Source: a bacterium (GTDB taxonomy: Bacteria; Electryoneota; JAOADG01). From it: 64,000 bases of DNA. The stretch spans positions 3,360,001 to 3,424,000 of the forward strand of contig OY820579.1 of assembly GCA_963681965.1 (NCBI GenBank), read 5' to 3'. The position numbers were made by a program, and so were the translations under genes. Below, one piece after another: positions 9,607-22,400 of the stretch (within the stretch, counting starts at the first letter, position 1; each line of letters begins with the position of its first letter). The notes under the pieces were generated by a model. It had not been told where the DNA came from. It saw only the letters and a program-made list of their open reading frames with translations, and ran no database searches.

Positions 9607-12600
9607 TTACTTCAGAAGCACAACTTTCTTGATTGCGTGATAATTATTGCTCTGAAGTTTCAGGAAATAAACTCCACTTCCTACTTTGTTGCCAGTTGCC
9701 GACATGCCATCCCACCGCGCGTCGAATTTGCCGGCGGATAGAACTCCTAATTTGTGATTGTACACTTCGCGACCCAATGCATCGAAAATGGAAAATTGCG
9801 TTGCACCAGCTTGAGGCAATGTAAACTGGAATACTATGGTTGAATTGAATGGGTTGGGATAAGGATCGCTCAAAGTATATTTCAATGGAATTGTTGAAAA
9901 TTCCTTTGTAGTAGTAGTTTTCGAATACAGCAATTGGTGCAAAGCGTCGATATGGTCTTCACGGCGAACATATTTTACCATCTCCATCGCTTCGCTACTC
10001 TGTTTCTCTTCCGGACCCATCACCGGTTCCAGAATTGCCATCGCAATCACTGCTGCTACAGAATCCTCGAAGCTAATCGGTGCGATCTGGAATTGACGAT
10101 AGACGATATATGCCTTTTTTGGATCGCTGTGCAGCAGTGCGAGTAGTGGTTTGTAGTTCCGAACCACGGGGAACATATCGGTTCCCTCATAGCGATGCTG
10201 CAAGCTATCCAAGAGTTTCATATTGTCATCGAAAGACCACCCAAGTTCCCTGTTGGCGACGAACAATAACGGAACTGCATTGGCTCGCAACGACCAATCG
10301 CCCCGGTCGTCGGTCAATAATGATAGGAAATAATTCGACGCTGATCGGAAATCGCCTCGCGCCATATACTCGATTCCGGTAGTATCGTTGACTGGATAGG
10401 GCCACATTGGATCGTCTGGAGGAAATGGCAAACGATTGCGGAACAGTGAAACGGGATTGTGAATTTGCTCTCCATCGGGGTGCAACCCGTACATTTTTCC
10501 GGCAATTATATCGGTGTCGCGAGTACCCCACCAGATGCCGTTGTACTTATGATCGATTGCGACTGGAAGCATTAAATTCGTTCTTCGAACCAGTGGAATT
10601 TCATCCTCCAAATGCGTTCGGAAGATTGAGTTGTAAGTCATATTGGGTGCGGGTTCTTCCTCCGAAATCGCCCGCTGGAAGACTTCTGCAGCCCCATATT
10701 CGAATCGACGAGGATCGCCGTTGTAGTGGATGGGATGTTGTGCGTTGTCGAAGACGTGATTTCCATGATGGTGGATTATATTCCATAAATATGGACTTCC
10801 ACCTCCGGTCATTAGGATGCCATTTTGGTCGTTACTGTCGATCGAGCATTCTACAAACGTCGGCATTGCATTATCGGAAACAAGAACTCCGTTTCCAACG
10901 TTCGGATCTGTCGATTCTTCGTACCGGTTGCTTTTTGCGAACCGAGAATAATAAATCTTGTTGTAGCTTTGAGCCAGAGGGACAAGCTCCACCGTGAGCG
11001 CATTGCCGTGATGAATGTTCAATACCGTATCGCGAGTCAATGTGAACGTGGACTGGCGGAGATGAATGCCAGACGCATTGCTGGAGATATCATTGATATA
11101 CTGACTTTCACCATAGATTTTGGCATCTATCAACGTTATCGAACTGAGGTCGGAATTGGGAGTAATTACCGGTGATAATCCATCGTTGTTACCTCCGGTG
11201 TTGTCACAAAAGACGTATTTCGAATAGTGTCGGTGAAAGTAAGCATCATTTTCATTCATAAACAACCGGTTAACTTTTAACCAGGTATCTTGCCAGTACC
11301 GGGTTGCCGGCACTTGGCCTAAGTTTTCTTTCAACCATATCCCGTACAATCTCGTAAAGCCATTTGAGTTCTGAAATCGGTACAGAGCGAGAGAGTCGAT
11401 GTATACCGGGCGGTTTTCAATTCGAAGACCACTATAAATCGAGTCGGTCGTTCCCTCCGTTGAGTCGGGGATAATTACTAGTTGAAAAAATCGCAAGGTG
11501 TCCAACAGTTGTCGATTTGAACCTAAGATCGTTAATCCACGCCTGACGTTATCCAACTTGATTCGGTAATTAGTTCGAGGCGAGGACGACGTCTGTTCCA
11601 TTCTCAGGAAAGGCCAATCATTAACGAAGAACGATGGACGTAAATTGTTAAAACGTTTCCAAGTTCCCCCGGTAAACCGATGCCATCCTGCGACCGAATC
11701 GTTGAAATAATATGGGTTGGTAGAGGTTGAGCTACCATGTGCATAGAGTGTACCTTTTACAATGACAGTATCGCGGGATCGCTGGAATATTACTGTACCT
11801 GCCTCGATATCCAGTTGTCCTTCGCTAGGAACGTTCCAGTTGTTAATTGTCTGATAGGTATTGCTTTTTAGTTGACCCTCAACTTTAATCGAGCTGGTCG
11901 ATTGTGCATTGGTACCGATGATCGATACGCTGCCAGCGCGCCAATGTTCCCGATAATTGTTAAAGTTGGTCGGTGAAGGGTTCGATGAATTGTAACCTTC
12001 TCCACCAAATGCACCGAGATCGCCTCGAGTACCATCGTAGTCGCGAGTGGTGCTGGCTGTGGTACTTCCAGCATTGATCGCAGCCGAATTCCACAGCAAG
12101 TGGTATCGGAAACCCTCGTTGTCTGCGTTCACGTCGGTTAGCACTTTCGCATCGCCAACAGTGTGTGTGGTCTGTGGTAAATTCGAGGGAACAACCAACG
12201 TTGCCCAGGTTGGTGTGATACCTGCCAAATCGTTCCATGCCTGACAATAGGAAAAGGCTGCAGGGATGGAATTCAGGAATTTGTAAGCTGTAGAAGCGGT
12301 ACTATGGATTTGCGAGATATTTCCATAACAAGTGGTTGAACCGGCACCAGTCGACCGATCGACGTAAACGTTGTCGACCTGCGCGGAGACCGATAAAAAA
12401 GTGTTTTGACGAATGAAGGATTGAGTCGTATTGGACTGGTCGACAATTTTCAATCCAAAATATGTGGGATTGTGCACGACATTTCGTTCGAAGTATGTCG
12501 GCGGAGTACGAAGATAGACACCACCTCGCGCTCCGATAAACTCGTTATATCTCATGATCAACGGATTTCCGCCATTCGCTGCCGACCAGATAAAATTGGT

Positions 12601-15521
12601 GTCGGTATTATTGATAAACCGGCAGTAATTCACATAAATTCGATTCAAGTCGGGAGGGGTAAACGAGCTGGCGATGTCGACGCCATTTCTCGCGTTGCTT
12701 TGAAAAGTGGCAGCTACGAAATAGATCGAGTGACAACTTGGTGGTGTTGTTTCATCGATTCGAACACCACTACCGCCATTTGAAAAAATCCACGGACCAG
12801 CATTGCCTTCGAGTACGTTGGTGGGGTACATCAGGACACCGAATTGAGCGTAAGGTACTAAGTGCAACGATGTGGCGATCGCATTTTGATCCAGATAAAT
12901 TCCATGCGACAGGTGCCCGGAAATAGCGCCACCAGCGACTACAATCGAAGCGGTATTCCCGGTTTCCAGAATGCCGACATTTTGAAAGGGACCATTGAAG
13001 ATGCAGTTGGTGTCTATCAAAGTGCTGTGCCAATCGTTCATCCAAATTCCCGCTCGGGCAAACGGTCGTTCATTGGGATCGGTGGCTCGATTATTACAGA
13101 TAAATTTGCTGTTTCGCACGACGACCGAATCCAATCCAAAATTCAATGTGGCGACCATATTGGGTTGCGATGAAACCAGATACCATTGTAATTGTTGTCT
13201 GATATTTGTGCACTATTTGTCTCCACATAATTGTCGCCAAGATGATCGGTTCTGCGACCGGTTAGCGGTAGAGCATCGACATAGATTCCGTTGTGAAGGT
13301 TCGCTAGGATAAAAGCGCTGTTAATTATCGCGCGGTTCATATATCCGCAGATGTAGATACCATCGGCAGTGTGATTGATAATTTTGGTGAATCCGGCAAA
13401 TCTAAAGATTACCGGATCATTACCGCAACCACCCATCAACATTTCAATTGAACCGGTTCGCTGAATATCGATATCGTTCCGCTCGGCATAATCGGAATTC
13501 AACGCAATTCCGTGTTCCAATACTTGGGAGTTGCCGGCATTTCCTTTGAGTGTGACGTACCCGAAATGCTTAAACGCATTATCGCGAAATCCGTAGACCT
13601 GATTCCCCGCGATATCGCTTTGGAAAATCACACTGCCTAACTGGTTGGCATTGAAGTAAACTGAATCGAACTCGCTCGCACCACCCGCCAGAATAATCCG
13701 GTTGGAATCTGCCGAATTATATCGCTCATTGGCGGTCGTCCGAATTAGGATGCCTGCCAGTTGGTTGTTGCGAACGCGGCTATTGAGTGTCCTGGTCTGA
13801 GCAGTTTGTGCATTCGATTTAAGGATGATTTCGTGTTTATCGCCCAGTACATCAATACCACTCTGCGCGTTGTCATCGATCGAACACCCGGTAAGATACA
13901 TCGTACCATTGTAGATATTTGCCATGTTACGAGGATGATTATCGTCGTTTTGATCGTTGCTGCGCTGGTAGCAGCCTTGTCCTCGAACAGCGATACCCGA
14001 GCCTTTATTATTGGCTACGCTGGCATCGTACATGGTTAGACGATGAATGCTCGTGGTAAACGGCCAATCGTTAGCTGCTTTAAAATAACCCAATCGAATA
14101 CCGTGAATCTGATCGTCAGAGGGATCGTGCTGAACTTGATTATTGAACTCAGTTCCACAGCCTTGAATGGTTGCCCAAACCGGAGCCGGCAAAATGGGAT
14201 CGGGTAGGTTTTCGGTAGAAATGCGTTGGAATTTAAAACATGAAAAGCGAGCAGCGGTTCCCGCCGGGATGTTGTTTTCTTCATAGTCGTCGTAAATCTT
14301 AATACCATTCGAGAACACATTTTTAATGACAGTATTCTCGATTCTCGCCATTATCGTCCCACGGACAAAATTAATTCCATTAGCTTCGTGAGCCGGGGCA
14401 TTTACCTGCAACGCTCCCACATTATAAATTCGGCTACTGGAGATAAAAACATTCCGATCACCATCTTCATTGGGATCCGTCCCATCGGGGTAAACCCAAT
14501 TCGTTCCGATCCGAATCGCATCGAATCCTGTTGAATCGATAGCCAAACCCGAAAGAACGATTGAATCTGGGGAATTATTATCATGTAGCTGAACCATGTC
14601 TAAATAAATCCCCGAACCGGACAGGTTTTGAAACAATACCGAGTCTGTCGGACTTTCTGCCGGTGGGTGGATATTCAGTGAATAATCCACAAGAGTATCG
14701 GAACAGAAAATACCATTTCCGCAATGATCGATTGCCGGTTGGTCGCGCCTGATGGATCCGATTATCTCGGTATACTGCTTACCTCTACCTACGCGACGTA
14801 GAACAGAACCCATCAGAGACGGTTGCGTGGCACCCTGGTTGTATCCGAAATTAGTGAAACGGCAATTCTGTAAGATCACGTGTGCATTGAGGCTATTCTG
14901 GAAATCTGTAGCGGTTCCGTTAATAAGGATACCGTCCGATTGAGAGTTGGGGAATCCTTGAATTTGACTATTCGTCAGCGACAATGTCAATGTAAGTGGA
15001 TTCTGCTGCAACTGATGCACGTAGATTCCATTTCCCTGAATGCGATCGAAGACCGAATTGGAAATGTTCAATGTCAATTGTCGATTGGGTATGAATGTTT
15101 CAATTATAATCAAACCTTGAAGCGGATTCGTGCTTCCAAGATCTGAAAAGTTACAGTAAGAAAAAGTGTGAGTCTGGATAATATTGGTGTTAGCACTGTC
15201 TCGTAATCCGAAGAAATTTTCGCCGGGAGATGTTGTGGTCGCATAGATTGGATTTCTCTCGGTACCATTCAAACTGAGCGCCCCACCATTCAATATAATT
15301 TTTCCCGAAGGTCCAAAATTGAGCTGAAAAGGGGTATCCGTTGAATTGATCGTGAAACTATGTCCATTGTGAATGATCCAGGTACACATTATATCCAGGC
15401 TGGAGCCAGTTGCGACGTAGTCGAAATCGATATCTACGGTTTGTGAATATACGTTGGATTGAAAAAGCAGTACCGGTAATAAAAGCAGTAAAAACGAGAA
15501 TTTCTTCAACTTATTCTTCAT
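9607..15521 (-). pseudogene. Giant secreted parallel beta-helix protein with T9SS CTD, split by a frameshift near 13173 (ORFs 15521-13143 and 13158-9607)
   Basis: The first ORF has a signal peptide and the second has the CTD (PYPNPFNST..KKVVLLK); together they are colinear with the paralog at 16491-22757. Could be a sequencing error. Confidence 0.8.
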
Positions 15522-16022
15522 AGTTTACTCCTTGGTTGTTGTAGGATGATCTTGTAAAGAGCAGTGAATTCTAGGTAATCTAACGAAGTGTGTGGGCAGT
15601 GCGGGGAGTACAAATGCACGAGACAGTGCATAAATTAATGTAAAATATTATGTTTTCCAATTGTTTGAGTGTGCGAGCTGATTTCGATTGTCTTTGCTTT
15701 ACATTATGACATTTCGATCCAACAAAATCTCATGTTAGGAGTGTGGTTTATAAGAGCCCATTTATATACTTCTGATCTAACCTGATTTCTTGTACGAGTG
15801 TTAGTGGCAGAGGAGTCGATTTCCACTGGATGTGACCATTGTCAGTTAGTTTGCGATACCAGATAGTACCCCGCATAAACAAAGATAACGGCATTGCAGA
15901 CCCTTTCTTGGTTGGAATATCTCCAATCTTGGGTGAAGATTCCGACCACTCAAAGCAGACGCGACTCGGAAAAGCGCTTAATCGAATTAAGGGACGCATC
16001 TTCGGGAATCTTCAAATCGAGA

Positions 16023-16385
16023 TTATACACGATAACATGCCTTCCCACGATAAACTGCCTGAATTAGCTCCGACGGAGTCGGTTGCTTCTGCTCAGTTGC
16101 AGCATAGTTTGCTAGCAGTACCGGGTTCGAGTAGTTCGCATTTTCCAATAGCAACTCATACCCATCTTCGCTGGCAAGATCGGAAATCAAGTGCAAGTCG
16201 CAGACCAATTTGTCGGAAAGCTGCTCATCGCTTTGAAGTAATTTCTCGAGTATCTCTTTTCCATTTTGTTCGCCCAATTTCAGATCGTGAGTCTCCGGAA
16301 AGCACTAGAATAATTCGGTTAATAGCGGTTGTGGAATTCCATTCAGTACGCGCTGATTCGTGAAGTAATTGACATTCTTACGCAT
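16023..16385 (-). pseudogene. Decayed hypothetical gene with internal stop; paralog of the 23503-23736 remnant
   Basis: AAGGAG RBS, MRKNVNYFTNQRVLNGIPQPLLTELF*CFPETHDLKL...LSDKLVCDLHLISD; in-frame TAG at 16305-16307. Confidence 0.6.
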
Positions 16386-16437
16386 CGTTAATCTCCTTTA
16401 CTTCATCTCGTTGCAATATTTTCATTCTCTATAAAAC

Positions 16438-16470
16438 AAGCAACCGCCCCACCTTGCGGCAGGGCGGTCT
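16438..16470 (-). terminator. Terminator-like hairpin after T9SS gene
   Basis: Same hairpin as 9554-9584, about 20 nt after the stop at 16491. Confidence 0.7.
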
Positions 16471-16490
16471 TGAACTGTGAAATTCGGTCG

Positions 16491-19400
16491 TTACTTCAAC
16501 AGCACAGCTTTCTTCGTTGCAACAAATCCCGGCGCTTTCATTGATACAAAGTAGACACCGGATGCCATCCGATCGGCATGCCATGAAATTTCATGGGATC
16601 CCGCCGTCAGATTTCCTTCATGCAACACTTCTGCTTGCCGCCCTTGTGCATCGTAGAGAATTATCGAGACCCGATCGTTCTTCGGTACATCGAACCGGAT
16701 ATGCAATGTCGAGTTGAAAGGATTCGGATAAACCGAGTTCAACGCGAAGGTTGCCGGAATCGTAACAAGATGACCTTCGGAAGGTGGTTGGGATTGCGTT
16801 CTCCTTGCCTCATTAATCGTATGCATTACTTCATCGACTCGATTTACATGACGACTCATTGCAGCCAATTCTGAGGTTACGCTGAATAATTCCGATTCGG
16901 GTCCCATTACTGGATCCAAAATGGCTAATGCATATATCGCCGATAACGAATCTTCTAGACTTAATGGCGCAATACGGAATTGCTCGTATTTCTCCATCGC
17001 TTTATCGGGATCGTCGTTCAAGAGACATAGCAACGGTCCGTAATTCCTTACCGCTGGAAACATATCGGTTCCGGAAAAATCCTTTTCCATTGTCTCTTGA
17101 ATGGCAAGATTATCCTTATAGGATATTCCCCGATATTTATTGGCGACAAAATAAAGTGGTACAGAATGCGACCGAATGTGCAACGGCAATTCTTCATTGT
17201 ATATCGCATCATAGAAACATTGCGCTGCTCCGGGATAATCCCCATTCTGCAGCTTCCCGATTCCGTCAATGGTTCGATATCCATAGAAACCGCTTCCAGG
17301 GATGCATGGCAGTGGATTGCTGTACATCGTTCGGTCGTGTGTGTTCGGATCGGGAGGTTCGGGTAGCATTGCGCGTGATTCGTCTACATCCCGGACATAG
17401 TACATTCGTTTGTGCAAATTCGTTGTATCTGATCGGGGATCCATCATCGGTGGTGTGTTCGGATCCAGTTGGTTCCAGAATACCGCGTTGTAGAACGAAG
17501 CAGTCGGGTTGTCGTCGCTGTAGTTCATTCTCCGAATCAACGGGTTTTCACGAACCTCGTTGAATGTTGTATAGATCGAGTTATTATCGAACATCGGTGC
17601 TGCTTCGGTTGAAAGGGTTGCAGCATGAAAAACTTGCGCTTTCAACAATTCGCGACCATTTTCGGCGTTTTCGAAGTTGTCGTATACTTCACTTCCAAGA
17701 TTTTGAAGAGACGTATTGACAAAAGCAGGATGCGATCCCATTTGCGAGAATAAACCGTAAGAAGCATTTCGGTAAATTTGGCATTGTATGAAAGTCGGAT
17801 ACGAATTGGAATAACATACGACTCCATTACCGTCATGCGTCCTGCTTCCATTTTCATCCGTTGTCGTCGATCGCGCGAAGGTACTATTCGAAATAGTATT
17901 ACAAAGTGGGTATAAATTGGCTATTTGAGATAGTTCCAACGCATTTCCTTGCTCGATTCCTTGAATTTCGACATTGTCCATCATGAATGTGGAATTTTCG
18001 ATTCGAATACCCGAATTGGAAACCCAGCCCATGCGTGGATCGATTTGAGGCGAATGCCCTTCTCGAGGAGTTATCTGAGCATTGGACAATATGAATGAGT
18101 TGCGATCGTCATTTGGCAATGGATTTGGATTGCCCTGAACGCAACTCAATAAATTCTGGCAATAGATATAGCGATTGTAGTTGTTAAATTGATAGTTAAA
18201 AGTGAGATTCGAGATCGACACTTTGGTGTCTTGCCAAGGGGGTTCCCGATTCGTGTTTTCACTCATCCAAATCCCGAAAAAGGGAACTGGTTCGGAATTT
18301 TGATATTGATGAATCACCAACCCGTTGAAAGCTGCTTCACGATTCCTGATATGCAATGCATAGCCGTAATCCTCATTCGGAATGCGTAACCAATTTTCAG
18401 GAATGATTTCGACATCGTTAAATGACAATCCATACCCTAACTGGTTGGTCGGACCAAGTATCGAAACACCAGATGTTATTTTCTCGACTAGAAGATGAAC
18501 AATCGGGAGCTGAGCTAAATTTCCATTCCCATCGAAAATCATCGTCTGCCAATTCGATGGCTCGAATGCAGCGTAAGTCAACCGTTCTCCTTCGCGCCCG
18601 CCATATCGATTGAGACGATCATGCTGATAAACATTTTTACCCCATTGACCACCGGTGAATCGATGAATTCCCGGATTGACAACTGCCATCCGGTAACCAT
18701 TGACTCCTTCGAAGCAGGAGGGTGCATCTTCGATCATATTAACCACGCCGCTGAAAGTTATATTGGAGCGTTGCGGTTGATAATCGACAAAGTCCCCTTC
18801 GATGGTTATTGAGGCATTGGCGGGAACTCGCCAACTGTTTGCAGCTTGATAGGTACCACTCTTAAGGTTGGATGTTATTTCAATCACTTGATTTGGGTTG
18901 TTATCGGCGATAAGGAGCACATTCCCAGCCCGCCAGTGGCTGCGTTTGTTTTCAGAAATCAACGGATTTGGAATAGGTGGATAGAGCAATTCAGAATTTG
19001 TCGGATCGGGAAAACTTGGGACGAAATTCCCGCTGAAAGCTCCCAAGTCACCACGAGTCCCATCGGCATCGCGCGAACTAGGATCTACAACAGATCCCGC
19101 GTTGATCGCATCGGAATTCCATAACAGGTGGTATTTGTACTTTTCGAGCAGCTCGCTAGAATTGATAAATACCCGAGGATTGCCTGTTCGATGTGTCTCT
19201 GGGCTAATCGTTCTTGGAAGAACCAACTCCGTCCACGGTCGAGTTCCATCCCACGCCAAACAATACGAGAAATCAAAACCGGTTGGATTATCGGGATTGA
19301 ATTCATAAGCATTTGGTTGACTGGGATTGTTCGGACTGACCACACTGATATTCCCGTAAACAGTCGTCAAACCTGTAAATGGCTGTAGCCGTTCAAAATG

Positions 19401-22400
19401 CAAACCGGTTGCTCCAGTCTGATTACAAAGAACAGTATTCTGAATGACTTTGGAATCAGATGCCAGCACTTCTGAGATCGATATCCCACATATACTCGGA
19501 TTATCGATCACATTATTTTGAATAGTTTTGTAGGGTGCGTTTATCTGGATACCGTATCCAGCACCTACAAATTCATTAAAACTCACATAGAGATTCCGAT
19601 AGCCCAGTGACGTATTCAGCTTGAGGTTCGCCGAATTGGGATAAGTAGTACTACTATTGTTAACGAACCTACAATTGTTAATTAAACTGTTTCCAGTATG
19701 CGGCATAGGATCTAATTGGAGCCAATACGGAAACCGGGGTATTGGAGGTCGAGTTCGCATGCTCGAAAGCATGGCGTTACACTCCACACCACCTTGAGGA
19801 TTATCTCGGAAAGTCGCCAATTTTAAGTACAACGCATGCGGCAACGGATTCTCACATGACTGAGCATCGACTTGAATTCCTCGAATCGAATTGTTGTAAA
19901 ATTCCGGTCCAACGTTCACTTTACTGGGTGTTCCCTGGTAAGTTGCAGGATAGTATAGCACGGATTGAAAAAAATTGTTATCCATTGCCAATTGAACGTC
20001 GGATGCGTTTTCATCGATGTGAAAACCGTACAGTTGGTCGTAAAAAGCCCCACCCATAATCAGGTAATCGTTTGCGACACCCGATTCAAGTAAACCGTTT
20101 CGCTGCGGTGTACCGTAAAATGCGTTACCATTTCCTTCGAACCGTCCACCATTTTGACACATCCAGACCCCAGCTCGGGCGTCATTTGTCAACAACCGGT
20201 TATTGTGCGAAAATGTACATACATTTACGATCAGATAGGAATAACCAAACATCGGATTGACTGAACAATCGGTTCGAGATACTACATACATACCGTTCAA
20301 CCCGTTGCCGTCAACCAGACAATTTCCCATATTGATTTCGTGATATCCAGCACCGTCTTCACGATTTTGATTGGAATCAGGGCGTTCTTCAAATCGTAAC
20401 CCGTTCCAATAATTACCCGAGATTTCAGCTTCGATATAGAATAAATTACCACGTCCTTTGCTCATCACCCCATCTCGAGTGTGATCATATATTTGAACTC
20501 TTCCCATAAAAGAGTATGTTTGAGTTGGATGCTTTGGAAGTTCTATTCCTATATAAGATCCCGATGGTAATATTTTAGCTTGATTACGATCAGCGAATTC
20601 GGAATTCAAAGCAAATCCGTACTCAGCAGGTTCATGTTGATTAGTTGTTAAAATTCCTTGGATTTTCACACCACCAAAGACATAAAACCCGTTTTGGTAA
20701 AACCCGAATTCACCTAAATCGCCATCACCAAATTCTTCGGCGATTATTCCACCACCCTGATTATGACGAATTTCAACAGGTACACTGTCAAGCGCACCAC
20801 CAACCAAAATCCGATTGTTATTCGGTATCGCGTAATTCGGTTGATAAACAAACATCGTATCTAGGAGAATTCCTTTACCTAAATTATTTCTGATAAAGGC
20901 ATGAAGATTACGAAAATTATCCGTCTGTTGTATGCGGGCTTGAGAATGAACGAAGACACTGTTATCGATGCCCTTAATGTGAATACCGTGTTGTTCGTTG
21001 TTGTCGGTAGCGCAGCCATTCAATTCGATACTGCCATAATATTTCGCATTTTCTGTTGGATAAGTATTATGCGAAATTTCACCGGTATTCGGATTGATAT
21101 AATACGAAAAGCCCTGCCCCCGCATCGCAACACCTGAACCGCTATTTTGCATGATCGCAGCATCGTAACAGTGAAGTCGACCGAAGGTTTTAAAGACCGG
21201 CTGATTCAGTTCATTTACCCATGGATACGACCCCGTCCTGATTCCATGGTTTTGGTCATAAATCGGTGGATTTGCTGGTGTAAATCGATACCCGCACTGT
21301 TGAATTACAGCCCAGGGATAAATGGTTGGTTCGACAGCAGGATCCAATACAACCGAGTTGTCTGTAATCTTGCGCCTAAAACTAAGATTGGAATAAGTGG
21401 GCGCTTTCCACCAACTTGCAGGACGACCTGCCGGGAAAACTTCGGTATAAAACTTGATACCGTTGGAATACACATATTCGATTCGGGAATTGACGACATC
21501 GCATTCGATCGAACCACGATAACAATAAATACCATTGGCTTCGAAATGCTCGTCATTGTCACCGGTTTGAAGGGAACCGATCTGTGAAATCGAACAATCC
21601 TCGAGATACATCCTTCCTTCGTGTCCACCGGGTGAAAGAAATCTATAATCGGTTGTGGTCGTAACGAATTCTGTTCCTACTCGGATACCATCGAGACCGG
21701 TATTGAAAAGACTTAAATTGTAGGCAGTGATTCCGTCGGCAGCAAATCCTAGCGATCCGATCCAGCCAGCATCAACCCAAATACCGCTTCCCGACAAATC
21801 ACTGAAGGTCGTGGTTGCCCGAGGATTACCTGGCTGAATATTGATAGAAGCTTTAAGTTTGTCGCCACGACAGGATATGCCGTTGCCACAATTTTGAATC
21901 ACAGGCATCGTTAGGACTTCATTACTGACATAATCGCCATTCCGAATCGCGATCTCCTGTGTACCCGCTCCAATTCGCTCGATTGCCGATCCAAATGGTC
22001 GATCAGTCGAATAAATTTCGTTTCGAACCGGTTGTCCGTAGCCAAAATTATCAATATGGCTTTGTTCCATTTCAATTGAACAAGATAAACCGATTGAAAA
22101 TGCTGGATCAGTTGCCAATCCATCGTCGGCTCGAATATAGAATCCGGAAAAAAGCGGATCTGCACCTGAACCGCTCATATACGAATGTAGAAATGAAATA
22201 TTTATCGATCGAAGAGTCGTAGTTCCGGTTGGATGTTGTTGGATTACCGATATACCGTGGGATGGACAGCTATTGAAAGTACAATGATTGAAAGTAAGTT
22301 GCGGTGTCGTGGGTGGGTTTGCTTCAGACCTAGACATTTTGACCTTTATCACCGCATTCCCTTCTTCTACAGCGTTTGGTGTAGAAGGGTTAGCGCCTAA

